From Acidobacteriota bacterium (GTDB taxonomy: Bacteria; Acidobacteriota; UBA6911), in the NCBI GenBank assembly GCA_963664705.1, contig OY761556.1, positions 3,872,001 to 3,936,000 on the forward strand: a stretch of DNA of 64,000 nucleotides, given 5' to 3'. Below, piece by piece: positions 48,969 through 58,534 of this stretch. Each line of letters starts with the position of its first letter. Within the stretch, counting starts at the first letter, position 1. Under the pieces are notes generated by a model. The model worked only from the letters and a program-made list of their open reading frames with translations, was not told the origin of the DNA and searched no databases. Both the position numbers and the translations under genes were made by a program.

Positions 48969-49070
48969 ATCGAAATAGCGGCAGCGTCATTTGCTTTTTT
49001 CAAAGTTCTCGATAATTATGGTGTAATATGAGGCAGTTCAGGTGCGCAAACCCATATTTTTCACCATTTT

Positions 49071-49667
49071 TTGGGGACAATCTTGGAACAGAAAACTCAG
49101 GCTGCCGGCGATAATACGCTCAACAATGAAGTCATACTGGCATTGATTCGGGAAATCGAGCAAGGCAAAGCGCCTGCACTCCTGAGCCTTTATGATGCGA
49201 CCAACCGGCTTGTATTCGGCATCGTATGCAGGATTCTGGGTGAGAGATCATCCGCCGAAGAAGCGCTGCTGGATATCTATACACAGATCTGGAATCAGGC
49301 GGTTGCTTACGATCCATCTATGTCGCCGATCGAATGGATGGCCAATGCAGCGCATCATATTGCTGTGGGCAGGCTGCATTGGAATAACCGGGAACGCACA
49401 AAGTGGGACTCCACGCGAGGAACCGAGAATGCCTCATTAACGGTCGCTCCTGAGCAGCAGGAAGCAGCGCGCGAGGCGTTGCAAGCCCTGGATCCGGTGC
49501 AATGGGAACTTCTGGAGCGAACCTATTACCGGGGCCTGAGCTGTAACGAAGCTGCCGCACATATTGGTAAACCGGTAGGCGCGGTACGAGTGCATATCCG
49601 CTCGGGATTGACCAGACTCGGTGAAGCATTGCTGCAAAAACAAGGGCGCGATGGGGGGGCACGGTGA
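49071..49667 (+). CDS. SigK-like ECF sigma factor
   Basis: LYD...VFG...RILG...AEE, YYRGLS, PVGAVR..IRSGL; motifs somewhat divergent. Confidence 0.82.
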   Translation: MGTILEQKTQAAGDNTLNNEVILALIREIEQGKAPALLSLYDATNRLVFGIVCRILGERSSAEEALLDIYTQIWNQAVAYDPSMSPIEWMANAAHHIAVGRLHWNNRERTKWDSTRGTENASLTVAPEQQEAAREALQALDPVQWELLERTYYRGLSCNEAAAHIGKPVGAVRVHIRSGLTRLGEALLQKQGRDGGAR

Positions 49668-50530
49668 AGCACGATCGAGCAACGGAAGAATTAAGAGAAC
49701 TGGCGGCCCTTTATGCACTTGGTGCTTTGACTCAGCGGGAAGCCTACGGCTTTGAACTGCACACCAGCGAAGGATGCTCCGTTTGCGAGTCCGAATGCCG
49801 GAAGTTCCAGAAGACCGTGGCAGCCATCGGCATTGCAGCGGACGAGGCCGACGTCCCAGAATATATCAGGGATTTGCTCAGCGCGCGCATCGAGCGCGAA
49901 CCTCGGACAAGCGCAGGCAGACCGGAGCCGGCTCGCCCAATTGAAAAACAATTGCCATCTCCCGCCCCAATATTGTCGCAACCGCCCAAAGACCGTTCGA
50001 ATCTATTCCCGTGGGTTCTGGTGGCTATCTTGCTCGTCCTGGCACTTGGGGCGGCCTACGCGTGGAAATCTTCCCAGGATGCCGCCACGCAACTGGAGGC
50101 AAATCTCTCGTCGACACAAACGGATTTTCGGGATTTGCGCGCCAGGATGGACATCCAGAAAGCGGATTCTGCAAATCTGGAGCGTGTGATGGGCACCATC
50201 GCAAAGCCGGGATCCCGAATTGCCCGGCTGATTGTCCAATCGGCTCCCCCTCCATTTTCTGCAGCGGCCGTTTGGGATACTGAAAAAGAGGAATGCCTCC
50301 TGATAGGTAAATTTCCGGCCGCACCGGAAGGAAAGGTGTATCAGTTCTGGTTTTTCTCTCCCACGACAAAAATATCCGCCGGCCTGTTTCAGCCAAGCCC
50401 TACAGGGCTCCTGACGATTCCCGTGCCCAAGGATGCAGCTAATGCCACCGCAGTCGTTGTCACGCTGGAGCCGGATAACGGTTCTCAGATTCCTACATCG
50501 CCCTACTACGCCGCCGGACGTATTGACTGA
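49664..50530 (+). CDS. RskA-like zinc-binding anti-sigma factor
   Basis: YALGAL...HTSEGCSVC, TM, GKVYQFW, VTLEPDNGS..PT. Confidence 0.88.
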   Translation: MKHDRATEELRELAALYALGALTQREAYGFELHTSEGCSVCESECRKFQKTVAAIGIAADEADVPEYIRDLLSARIEREPRTSAGRPEPARPIEKQLPSPAPILSQPPKDRSNLFPWVLVAILLVLALGAAYAWKSSQDAATQLEANLSSTQTDFRDLRARMDIQKADSANLERVMGTIAKPGSRIARLIVQSAPPPFSAAAVWDTEKEECLLIGKFPAAPEGKVYQFWFFSPTTKISAGLFQPSPTGLLTIPVPKDAANATAVVVTLEPDNGSQIPTSPYYAAGRID

Positions 50531-50662
50531 CGGAGCAAAGCACTTCTGCTGAGGAGCGTATTGAAGTCGCCTTCCCCAGGACATTGGGGCAGGACCCGTT
50601 TATCTCTTTAAATATAGGTCAAAGCTCGCTATTCTCTTTCGTTTACGGGAGGATGATTTCAG

Positions 50663-53473
50663 ATGGCAGGATACGACCCCCATTCCATCGAAGCTAAGTG
50701 GCAGGAATTCTGGGAACAGAGGAATACTTTCCATGCGCCGGATGATAGTTCGAAGCCGAAGCGCTATGTTCTCGACATGTTTCCATATCCCTCCGGAGAG
50801 GGACTGCATGTCGGCCACCCGGAAGGCTACAGTGCAACCGACATGTACTGCCGTTTCCTGCGAATGAAGGGCTATAACGTCCTGCACCCGATGGGCTACG
50901 ACGCTTTCGGGCTTCCCGCGGAACAATATGCAATCAATACTGGAACGCACCCGAGGATTACAACGGAACGGAATATCTCGAATATCCGCCGTCAGATCAA
51001 ACGCCTCGGCTTCAGTTATGATTGGGACCGGGAATTCGCCTCCACCGATACGGATTACATGCGGTGGACGCAGTGGATTTTCCTGCTCCTTTTTGACACA
51101 TGGTTTGACCGCGAATACCGCTGGGTAGATCCAAATGGGAAAGAGCGCACGGGCAAAGGCCGGCCGATTTCCGAATTGCCAATCCCTGAATCCATCCGCA
51201 CCCGGGGAGAGGCGGAAGTCCGTCGATACCAGGACTCCTTCCGTCTTGCCTATCAGGCGGAATCGCCAGTGAACTGGTGTGCAGCGCTCGGAACGGTCCT
51301 GGCCGATGAAGAGGTCATTAACGGGCGCTCGGAACGAGGCGATCACCCCGTACAACGAATACTCCTGCGCCAATGGATGCTTCGAATAACAGTCTATGCC
51401 GATCGCCTTTTAGAAGATCTCGATATCCTTCAATGGCCGGACGCGATTCGCGAGATGCAGAAGAATTGGGTCGGCAGGAGTGAAGGGGCGGAGGTGGATT
51501 TCTACATTGGAAAGCCGGAAGATTTTGGAGCCTGGTCTTCCGCCAAAAAGAAATCCGGCTTTCCAGAAAAACCCGAGCCGGGGTCCATTCGCATCTATAC
51601 GACGAGGCCCGATACTCTTTTCGGCGCCACCTATATGGTCTTGGCACCCGAACACCCCCTGGTCGATCTCCTGACAACGAATGAACATAAAGAGCAGGTG
51701 GAGCAGTACCGCCAGAAAGTTGCGGAAACCAGCGAAGAAGACCGGATTGCGGGACGCGGTGAAAAAAGCGGCGTTTTTACGGGAGGCTATGCGACCAACC
51801 CTGTGAATGGAAAACAGATCCCGATCTGGATAGCCGATTACGTTCTGATCAGCTATGGGACAGGTGCCATCATGGCGGTCCCAGGCCATGATCAGAGAGA
51901 CTTCGAATTTGCCCGCAAATTTGATCTCCCGATACAGGCTGTTGTTGCGCCGGGCAAGGAGTGGCTGGAAAAGATGCGCTGCCCCGCGGATCTCTATGCA
52001 AGCAGGATTGGCGAGCTTCCCGAAGCCTTTACTGAAGATGGCGCAGGCATGCAGTCTGCCAATGGCGAAGTCTCGTTGAACCAGATCCCCACGCCTCAGG
52101 CAAAGGCGAAAATAAACGCATGGCTCGTCCAGGCGGGTATCGGACGTGCCGCCGTTAAGTATAAATTGCGAGACTGGTTGTTCAGTCGTCAGCGCTATTG
52201 GGGCGAACCGATTCCGATCCTGCATGAACTCGATTCCGAAGGTAAGTTTACGGGTTTGACCCGGGCGATTGCGCCCGAAGAACTTCCGGTGTTGCTGCCC
52301 GAGATGGAAGATTTTAAGCCCACCGGCAAGCCCGGAGGTCCGCTGGAGAAAGCAACGGAATGGATCCATGTACATCGCGATGGCCGCCATTATGCGCGCG
52401 AAACCAATACAATGCCCCAGTGGGCTGGTTCCTGCTGGTATTACCTGCGTTTCTGCGATCCCAAAAACACGCAGAGACCATGGGATCCGGAAAAAGAGCG
52501 TTACTGGATGCCGGTAGACCTGTATGTCGGCGGAGCCGAACATGCTGTATTGCATCTATTGTATTCGCGCTTTTGGCATAAGGTGCTTTTCGATCGCGGA
52601 CATGTATCCACCATGGAACCCTTCCATCGGCTCGTAAATCAGGGAATGATCCTGTCGATCACATACCGGACCGGGGAGGGCAGAATTGTGCCCTATTCAC
52701 AAATCCGCTTTGAAGAAGGTAAAGCTCTTCACGCGGAGACCGGAGAAGAACTTGCCGGCGAAACCGAAAAGATGTCCAAATCCAGAGGGAACGTGATCCC
52801 CGTGGATGTGCCGCTCCAGCGATACGGCGCCGATACGACGCGGCTCTACGAAATGTTCATGGGACCGCTCGAAACAACAAAGCCCTGGAGCATGCAGGGA
52901 GTGGAAGGGATCAGCCGGTTCCTCAACCGCGCATGGCGCATGATCATGGACGAATCGGCAGATTCGGCTCAATTGAGCCCCAAAGTCAAATCTGACGGAA
53001 CACCGACGGAAGACCAGATGCGCGTGCTTCACAAGACGATCCAATCGGTTACGCAGGATATGGAGAGTCTGAGCTTCAACACGGCTATCAGCCGATTGAT
53101 GGAGTTTGTCAATTATTTCACGGGCCAGGAAACACGCCCGGGCGAGTGCATGGAAAAGTTTGTGCTTATGCTATCGCCAATGGCTCCGCACATCTCCGAA
53201 GAACTCTGGCAGGCACTTGGGCATCCGGAGTCGATTGCCTATGCGTCATGGCCTGCATTTGACGCCAAATATCTGCAGGAAAGTGCAGTCGAGATGCCTG
53301 TGCAGATTAACGGCAAGATCCGCGTCCGCCTGACTGTTCCCGTCAACTTGACGGAGGAGGAGGTAAAACAGGTGGCGTTGCAGGATCCCAAAGTGAAGAA
53401 GTATCTCGATGGAATTTCGATCCGGAAAGTGATCGTAATACCCAAAAAGCTGATCAACATCGTTGCGGGTTAA
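50663..53473 (+). CDS. leuS: leucine--tRNA ligase
   Basis: MFPYPSG.GLHVGH, TTRPDTLFG, GTGAIMAVPGHDQRD, YVGGAEHA, KMSKS. Confidence 0.98.
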   Translation: MAGYDPHSIEAKWQEFWEQRNTFHAPDDSSKPKRYVLDMFPYPSGEGLHVGHPEGYSATDMYCRFLRMKGYNVLHPMGYDAFGLPAEQYAINTGTHPRITTERNISNIRRQIKRLGFSYDWDREFASTDTDYMRWTQWIFLLLFDTWFDREYRWVDPNGKERTGKGRPISELPIPESIRTRGEAEVRRYQDSFRLAYQAESPVNWCAALGTVLADEEVINGRSERGDHPVQRILLRQWMLRITVYADRLLEDLDILQWPDAIREMQKNWVGRSEGAEVDFYIGKPEDFGAWSSAKKKSGFPEKPEPGSIRIYTTRPDTLFGATYMVLAPEHPLVDLLTTNEHKEQVEQYRQKVAETSEEDRIAGRGEKSGVFTGGYATNPVNGKQIPIWIADYVLISYGTGAIMAVPGHDQRDFEFARKFDLPIQAVVAPGKEWLEKMRCPADLYASRIGELPEAFTEDGAGMQSANGEVSLNQIPTPQAKAKINAWLVQAGIGRAAVKYKLRDWLFSRQRYWGEPIPILHELDSEGKFTGLTRAIAPEELPVLLPEMEDFKPTGKPGGPLEKATEWIHVHRDGRHYARETNTMPQWAGSCWYYLRFCDPKNTQRPWDPEKERYWMPVDLYVGGAEHAVLHLLYSRFWHKVLFDRGHVSTMEPFHRLVNQGMILSITYRTGEGRIVPYSQIRFEEGKALHAETGEELAGETEKMSKSRGNVIPVDVPLQRYGADTTRLYEMFMGPLETTKPWSMQGVEGISRFLNRAWRMIMDESADSAQLSPKVKSDGTPTEDQMRVLHKTIQSVTQDMESLSFNTAISRLMEFVNYFTGQETRPGECMEKFVLMLSPMAPHISEELWQALGHPESIAYASWPAFDAKYLQESAVEMPVQINGKIRVRLTVPVNLTEEEVKQVALQDPKVKKYLDGISIRKVIVIPKKLINIVAG

Positions 53474-53492
53474 CCGCAGATCGGTCGAAACT

Positions 53493-54116
53493 ATGAAAAA
53501 GAAATATTTGCTGGTGGTTCTCTCCGGAATTGTGCTGTTGTTCGCGGGCTGTTCCCCAAAGGTGGAGGAAAAGAAGGAATCAGCATCGGCAGAGCTAAAG
53601 CCAGAGGCGGCTCACGGCGCAAGCACGGCAGCAACTCCCGAAAAATCGACCGGGCTGAAATTTACGGCTCCGACGGAGTGGATTGTCGAAACGCCCTCAT
53701 CTTCCAGCCGACAATCCCAATACAAGCTGCCGCGCATCCAGGGGGATTCCGAGGATGCCCAACTTATTATCTATTATTTCGGCGGCGGGGGAGGTGCACC
53801 TCAGGCCAACATTGACCGTTGGATCGGTGAATTCTCGGGACCCAACGGGAAGCCTGTCACCGACGCAAAGATCCTGCACAAGACCGTAAACGGGCTTGTG
53901 GTAACCACTGTTGATGTAAAGGGAACCTATGCCAGCTCAATGGGGATGATGATGAAGAGCGGCAGCAGCGCCAAAACGGGAGAGAGATTGCTTGGAGCAA
54001 TTGCAGAAACGGCAAGTGGCCCCTGGTTTATTAAGCTCACCGGACCGGAGCGCACGGTAGCCAAGTGGCAGCCCAGCTTCGAGGCATTTCTGAACTCGAT
54101 GCGGCAAAGCGAATAG
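53493..54116 (+). CDS. hypothetical lipoprotein
   Basis: MKKK plus hydrophobic core plus LFAGC lipobox; ANIDRWIGEF, WFIKLTGP. Confidence 0.8.
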   Translation: MKKKYLLVVLSGIVLLFAGCSPKVEEKKESASAELKPEAAHGASTAATPEKSTGLKFTAPTEWIVETPSSSSRQSQYKLPRIQGDSEDAQLIIYYFGGGGGAPQANIDRWIGEFSGPNGKPVTDAKILHKTVNGLVVTTVDVKGTYASSMGMMMKSGSSAKTGERLLGAIAETASGPWFIKLTGPERTVAKWQPSFEAFLNSMRQSE

Positions 54117-54118
54117 CC

Positions 54119-54166
54119 TGAATCGTGAAATTCATGGTGCATTTTTGCCACGAATTTCACGATTCA
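54119..54166. repeat. CACGAAT-type 9-mer inverted element; likely bidirectional terminator
   Basis: TGAATCGTGAAATTCATGG ... CCACGAATTTCACGATTCA; shares CCACGAAT with 23207-23249. Confidence 0.65.
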
Positions 54167-54910
54167 TCTCTGGTTCCTAATCCAATCCAGCGCATCTCGG
54201 ATACATCGATCCAATTCACTGCGATTATCGCTGAAGCGATGATTTGCAGATTCGACAACCCACATTTTCTTGGGATTCCCAGCTAGCGCGAACATCGCCT
54301 TTGCTTTTTCAAGCGGAAGGAACTCATCGTGAGTAGAGTGTATTTCCGCCAATGGCAATGGTGTTACCGTGCCAATGATATCCTCCACCATAAAGCCCGG
54401 CTCGTGGGGAGTTTTCTTCGTGATCCAGATCGTGAAATCCTGCCACTTCCAGCCCAGTTCATTCTGGTCCGGCAAGCCAAGTCCAAGGACCCCCTGGATA
54501 CGCTCTTTCAGTTCCAGTTTTGAGGCAGCAAGGACGGAGAGCCCCGCTCCCTCTGAAATGCCGGCAAGGATAGGTTTTGCAGAGGATGACTGATTTGCGT
54601 ATTCGATCAGCTTTCTATAATCGCCCGGCACATCCTGAGGCAACAGCGTGCTGGATTTGCTGGTAAAACTTGCCAGGTAGCTTCGAGTATTGAATCCGAT
54701 GACATAATAGCCCTGGCCCGACAGATAGTCCGCTACATGCACCACGAGCCCGGCCCAGCCAAGATCGCCACTCGAAAGGACAATCGGCGTTCCGCCTTTG
54801 CGTCCGGACAGGTGCAGTTCCTGAGGTTTGCCGCGAAGATCAATGGTGTCCTGGCTGAAAGCCGACGCGATACCGATGAAGATCCATAGCAGACAAAACA
54901 TGCTTTTCAT
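54164..54910 (-). CDS. AcvB/VirJ-like exported alpha/beta hydrolase
   Basis: Signal peptide, SGDLGW, GISEG nucleophile, D and H triad candidates; directly downstream of the MprF-like gene. Confidence 0.75.
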   Translation of the reverse strand: MKSMFCLLWIFIGIASAFSQDTIDLRGKPQELHLSGRKGGTPIVLSSGDLGWAGLVVHVADYLSGQGYYVIGFNTRSYLASFTSKSSTLLPQDVPGDYRKLIEYANQSSSAKPILAGISEGAGLSVLAASKLELKERIQGVLGLGLPDQNELGWKWQDFTIWITKKTPHEPGFMVEDIIGTVTPLPLAEIHSTHDEFLPLEKAKAMFALAGNPKKMWVVESANHRFSDNRSELDRCIRDALDWIRNQR

Positions 54911-54913
54911 TCG

Positions 54914-57118
54914 TTACTTCCTCATGATCAAGTGAAGCAGGCTGCCCGAACTATGCACCCCAGCCAACGCATAGGCTACTCGCGGAAGGTCCGCTCCTTT
55001 TGGATAAATCAAATATCGGCCTTCCCAGCGCGGAGCAAATTTCTTTTTGAACTGGAACAGGTTTTTATAGCCGTAAAAGGCATTCATATTTTCAAAGAGC
55101 AGGGCAACGCCGCGCTCCAGCGGACGCGTGGGCGGCGTCACGCTTGCCAGGGGAGCATTGGCGAGGCTGGCCTCCAGATAATTCATTTCCTTCAATTGCA
55201 GTAAGGCGTGGCACAATAGAAAATCCATGGTCCCGGCGACTACATCTTTGCGCTTTCGCATTAAGTCCAGTACCACCGCCTGCCCAGACCGGTAGGGAAG
55301 CCATGAACAAAACGCCTCAACCCGGTCATTCAATACCGCGAGGAATACCGGGATCTGATCCAAACCCTCGAGCGAGAACCGTCCAAGAGAAAATCCCAGT
55401 TCACCCATCCGTTTTTCGGTGAGCCACTCCTGCGAAATTTCTTCAAGCTGTTCATCAATATCCGGCTCTACCTGAAGTCTGCGGCTATAGGCACGAATAA
55501 CCATTCCGGATTTCGCCGTTTTATTTACCATCGCGCGCAGGTTGGCCCGCTTGTTTCCGGACAGGCCAAAATCCGGCAAGGAAAGTACCGCCTCTTCCGC
55601 CATCTTCAGTGAGCGAAGCCCCAACGAATGGTAGACAGGCAAACGCTCTTCGGCTGCTTCATAGATGCACGGAGTCCAGTCATTCCGTCCGCAATACGAC
55701 AGGTACTCCTGAACGCTCCGGACAAAGCACTCATCGGATGCCAGGGGATCGCCGGCAGCCAGGGCAACGGTTCCACGGACGGCATAGGCAACCAATGCAT
55801 CTTTATCAGCCAGCAAGAGATGATGCTTGTCATCCTGTATGGCAAATGCTGATAAGGAATGGCGGCTGTGGGCGTTGAAAATCAGCCGAATGGCATCGAA
55901 TGAAGCCTCTTGGCGTTTCCTGAGGATGACCGGTCGGAGAAGCATCACCATCAGATAAAACCGGGCCAGCCAGCCCGCGATCTGCAGCGATCCCAGAAAT
56001 CTTGCTGCGCCGTGAGTGATCGGATCAACGCCGGGATCCCGGATAAGAATGCCGGATTGAAAGGACTCGGTTAATGGCGTCGCCCCATTCTGCCATCGGT
56101 ACTGCTGAATTCTGTGATTCAGACCCACATATCCATAGAGAAAGACGGCAAATCCCAACACCGGCACCATCCATAAGCTAAGCCGGACGGAACCGGGATC
56201 GCTGCGCGCATAAAACCGCCTGCGATTTACAAAAAGATAAACGAGGAGGACTCCGGAAACAGCGGAGTGGTGAAAATCGAGCGCATGAGTAAGGTGGGTA
56301 AGAAATGATATGGAAAGGGCCACAGCGGCCACATACCAGGCCGCCTCCTTCCGCCGGGCAAGACTTCGCGTAACCTGAAGCAGCGCAATTCCCGCGAGCA
56401 GCATAAGCGGTCGACTTCGTTGTGTAACTTCGAGCGGCAGCCATGAAGCGATGTGCTGAAGAGATGCATGGGATCGGGGCAGGATTGCGGAGACAATGTT
56501 GATAAGCCCCATAAAGCCGATCAGCAGTGGGACCAGTGTATGGAAGTCGACGGTCTTGAGATCCTCGATCCACTCCGTCCTGTGGAGATGGCGAATCAAC
56601 AACACAATCATCGCCATAGCGAGCAGGGCGGCCATGATCCACCATTGATAGTGGTGAACACCGGAAAGGGTGGACTGCGCAGCATGACCCAGGTAAAAGC
56701 CCAGCAACGCCATGGGAATGGCCCAGATAATGCTGGCAACGATATTTATGACTGAAAACCGGACGGCCGGCATTCCAAACGCGCCGCAGGCGGCGGGAAT
56801 GATGATCCGGAAGCCGAATGCATATCGGCTAAATAGAAGAAGCCAGTCTGCGTAGCGGGACATCCAGCTTACAGCCTGCTTATATCGGGGATGACGACCG
56901 AAGCGCTTATCCAGCCAGGCACGGCCGCGTGTCCGCGCGACCATGTAATAGGCCTGGTCTGCTACGCAGTTTGAAACAATGGCAATGAAAAGAACCGTGG
57001 AGAAATGGAAGATGCCGCGATGCGCAAGAAAAGACCCCGCCAGGAGAAAAGCTTCCCCTTCAACCATGACGCCGAGGAATAGAAGCACGTAACCGTATTT
57101 GATCAACAGCAGTTCCAC
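54914..57118 (-). CDS. DedA-domain::aminoacyl-phosphatidylglycerol synthase (MprF C-terminal, DUF2156) fusion
   Basis: N-terminal EGE...RYAFGFR..IPAACG (DedA/VTT); C-terminal DDKH, AGDP, EEA, EMGFSLG-like, LDLMR, L..APL, FYGYKNLFQFKKKFAPRWE.RYL. Confidence 0.88.
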   Translation of the reverse strand: MELLLIKYGYVLLFLGVMVEGEAFLLAGSFLAHRGIFHFSTVLFIAIVSNCVADQAYYMVARTRGRAWLDKRFGRHPRYKQAVSWMSRYADWLLLFSRYAFGFRIIIPAACGAFGMPAVRFSVINIVASIIWAIPMALLGFYLGHAAQSTLSGVHHYQWWIMAALLAMAMIVLLIRHLHRTEWIEDLKTVDFHTLVPLLIGFMGLINIVSAILPRSHASLQHIASWLPLEVTQRSRPLMLLAGIALLQVTRSLARRKEAAWYVAAVALSISFLTHLTHALDFHHSAVSGVLLVYLFVNRRRFYARSDPGSVRLSLWMVPVLGFAVFLYGYVGLNHRIQQYRWQNGATPLTESFQSGILIRDPGVDPITHGAARFLGSLQIAGWLARFYLMVMLLRPVILRKRQEASFDAIRLIFNAHSRHSLSAFAIQDDKHHLLLADKDALVAYAVRGTVALAAGDPLASDECFVRSVQEYLSYCGRNDWTPCIYEAAEERLPVYHSLGLRSLKMAEEAVLSLPDFGLSGNKRANLRAMVNKTAKSGMVIRAYSRRLQVEPDIDEQLEEISQEWLTEKRMGELGFSLGRFSLEGLDQIPVFLAVLNDRVEAFCSWLPYRSGQAVVLDLMRKRKDVVAGTMDFLLCHALLQLKEMNYLEASLANAPLASVTPPTRPLERGVALLFENMNAFYGYKNLFQFKKKFAPRWEGRYLIYPKGADLPRVAYALAGVHSSGSLLHLIMRK

Positions 57119-57274
57119 AATCCCCGTCCGTTCCGATAAATAGATCTATTCTAGATTGGAGATATATTCCCTGCAAGTTGTTCAAACCACGGGTCTCTCA
57201 AATTTGCATAATGCCGACCGCCGCTCCATCCTCTTTTACTCCGAATTTTGCATAACGCGCACCAACCCGCCGAC

Positions 57275-58156
57275 CTAATAGAACACTTCGACGGGAACGG
57301 GGATACGGGATTTGACGATAGCGGCAATCCTATCCAGTTCGTCGTGGGACAGTGCAGCCATCGTGCGTTCGGAAGGATCCCGCGCAATGGTATATAACTG
57401 GATATATTTCAGCTTGCCCCCGCGCGCAAGCAGTTCCCGCAATTTTTCACAGTAGGCTTCCACCTCCTCTTCAGGCGGAATGATTCCTTCAATCCTGAAC
57501 CAGAGAGACTGAATCACCACAGGTCGAATTTGCGCCGTTTTGAGTATGTTTTCCAACACCCGGACAAAGCCGACATTCGGACGATTGACCCGGCCGAAAT
57601 AGGGCTCTGTCCCGGCATCAAGCTTGGCCCATATCTCCCCGTTATTGGCATCCAGGATATCCAGCGCGGCACGCACGACCGGCTTGTTCAAGTAAGCGGC
57701 ATTCGTTATCAGGACAAGTTTTGTCGAAGCCAGCGAAAACCTTTCCCGGGCTTCTGCCGCAATTCGAACGGCATCGATGAATCTTGGATAGGTTGTTGGT
57801 TCGCCATCTCCGGAGAAAGCAATGTCCTGTACCCCTCTTTCCGGCTCTGTAAGTATGTCGAATGGACTATCGTCATACAGGGAACCGTCTCTTTCCGCCT
57901 GCAGGATGCGATTCAGTTCGTCCGAAAGAATCTCCAGATTGACTCTCCGGATCAGTGGAGGGATGGCACGATTCACCTGGCAATAAACGCAATTGAAATT
58001 GCACTCCTTCCCAGGATTCAGGTTTACTCCAACGGACACTCCGCGGCTTCGACGGGACACCACCGCATAGACATACCGGTTATCCTTCCACCGCCTTTCG
58101 TGCTTCTTCCATGCCCCCGCCAACCGGGCCGTCGATTCGTTATTCGATTCTGTCAT
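57275..58156 (-). CDS. radical SAM protein
   Basis: VVSRRSRGVSVGVNL, CNFNCVYC, FSGDGEPT, WAKLDAG. Confidence 0.9.
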   Translation of the reverse strand: MTESNNESTARLAGAWKKHERRWKDNRYVYAVVSRRSRGVSVGVNLNPGKECNFNCVYCQVNRAIPPLIRRVNLEILSDELNRILQAERDGSLYDDSPFDILTEPERGVQDIAFSGDGEPTTYPRFIDAVRIAAEARERFSLASTKLVLITNAAYLNKPVVRAALDILDANNGEIWAKLDAGTEPYFGRVNRPNVGFVRVLENILKTAQIRPVVIQSLWFRIEGIIPPEEEVEAYCEKLRELLARGGKLKYIQLYTIARDPSERTMAALSHDELDRIAAIVKSRIPVPVEVFY

Positions 58157-58236
58157 ATCTTAATTATAGCATCAGCGCTTGCCAGCCCCCGATAGCCCCA
58201 TCGAGCAAATCATGGCAGCAGCACTGGAGTTTTTGA

Positions 58237-58266
58237 TTGACAGAAAATAATTGTCCCTGTTAGATT
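58237..58266 (+). promoter_or_regulatory. sigma-70 promoter of the ilv operon
   Basis: TTGACA-18 nt-TAGATT with extended -10 TG. Confidence 0.6.
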
Positions 58267-58313
58267 TGGCGATACTCTTCAGAAGAAGAGCATATCAGGA
58301 GGACGGGTTGGGC

Positions 58314-58436
58314 ATGTGCTCGCCAGGCTTACAGATTTCAGTTCATACGCTTCGAGATACTTTTCTGCCCGTCGCTGTAGGCATCGTAATCGTAATTAAT
58401 GTAAGCATCCTTACCGGAGTTTCCCGGTTCGGATGA
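58314..58436 (+). CDS. ilv attenuator leader peptide
   Basis: AGGAGG at 58297; MCSPGLQISVHTLRDTFLPVAVGIVIVINVSILTGVSRFG with an Ile/Val/Leu cluster; alternative TTG start at 58308. Confidence 0.8.
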   Translation: MCSPGLQISVHTLRDTFLPVAVGIVIVINVSILTGVSRFG

Positions 58437-58498
58437 TGGCGCCACAACGTGGGATCAGAGGCCGTCACCCGAACCGGGCTGACGGCCTTTTTTGTTTT
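58406..58498 (+). terminator. transcription attenuator (pause, antiterminator and terminator hairpins)
   Basis: 1:2 stem 58406-58435; 2:3 pairing 58423-58440 with 58461-58478; 3:4 AGGCCGTCA...TGACGGCCT followed by a U-tract. Confidence 0.85.
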
Positions 58499-58534
58499 GC
58501 CACCATTATTATTTGAGTGTAGGAGACAGACACA

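Noticed and set aside
51410-52555. 381-aa minus-strand ORF
   Set aside because: Antisense shadow of leuS
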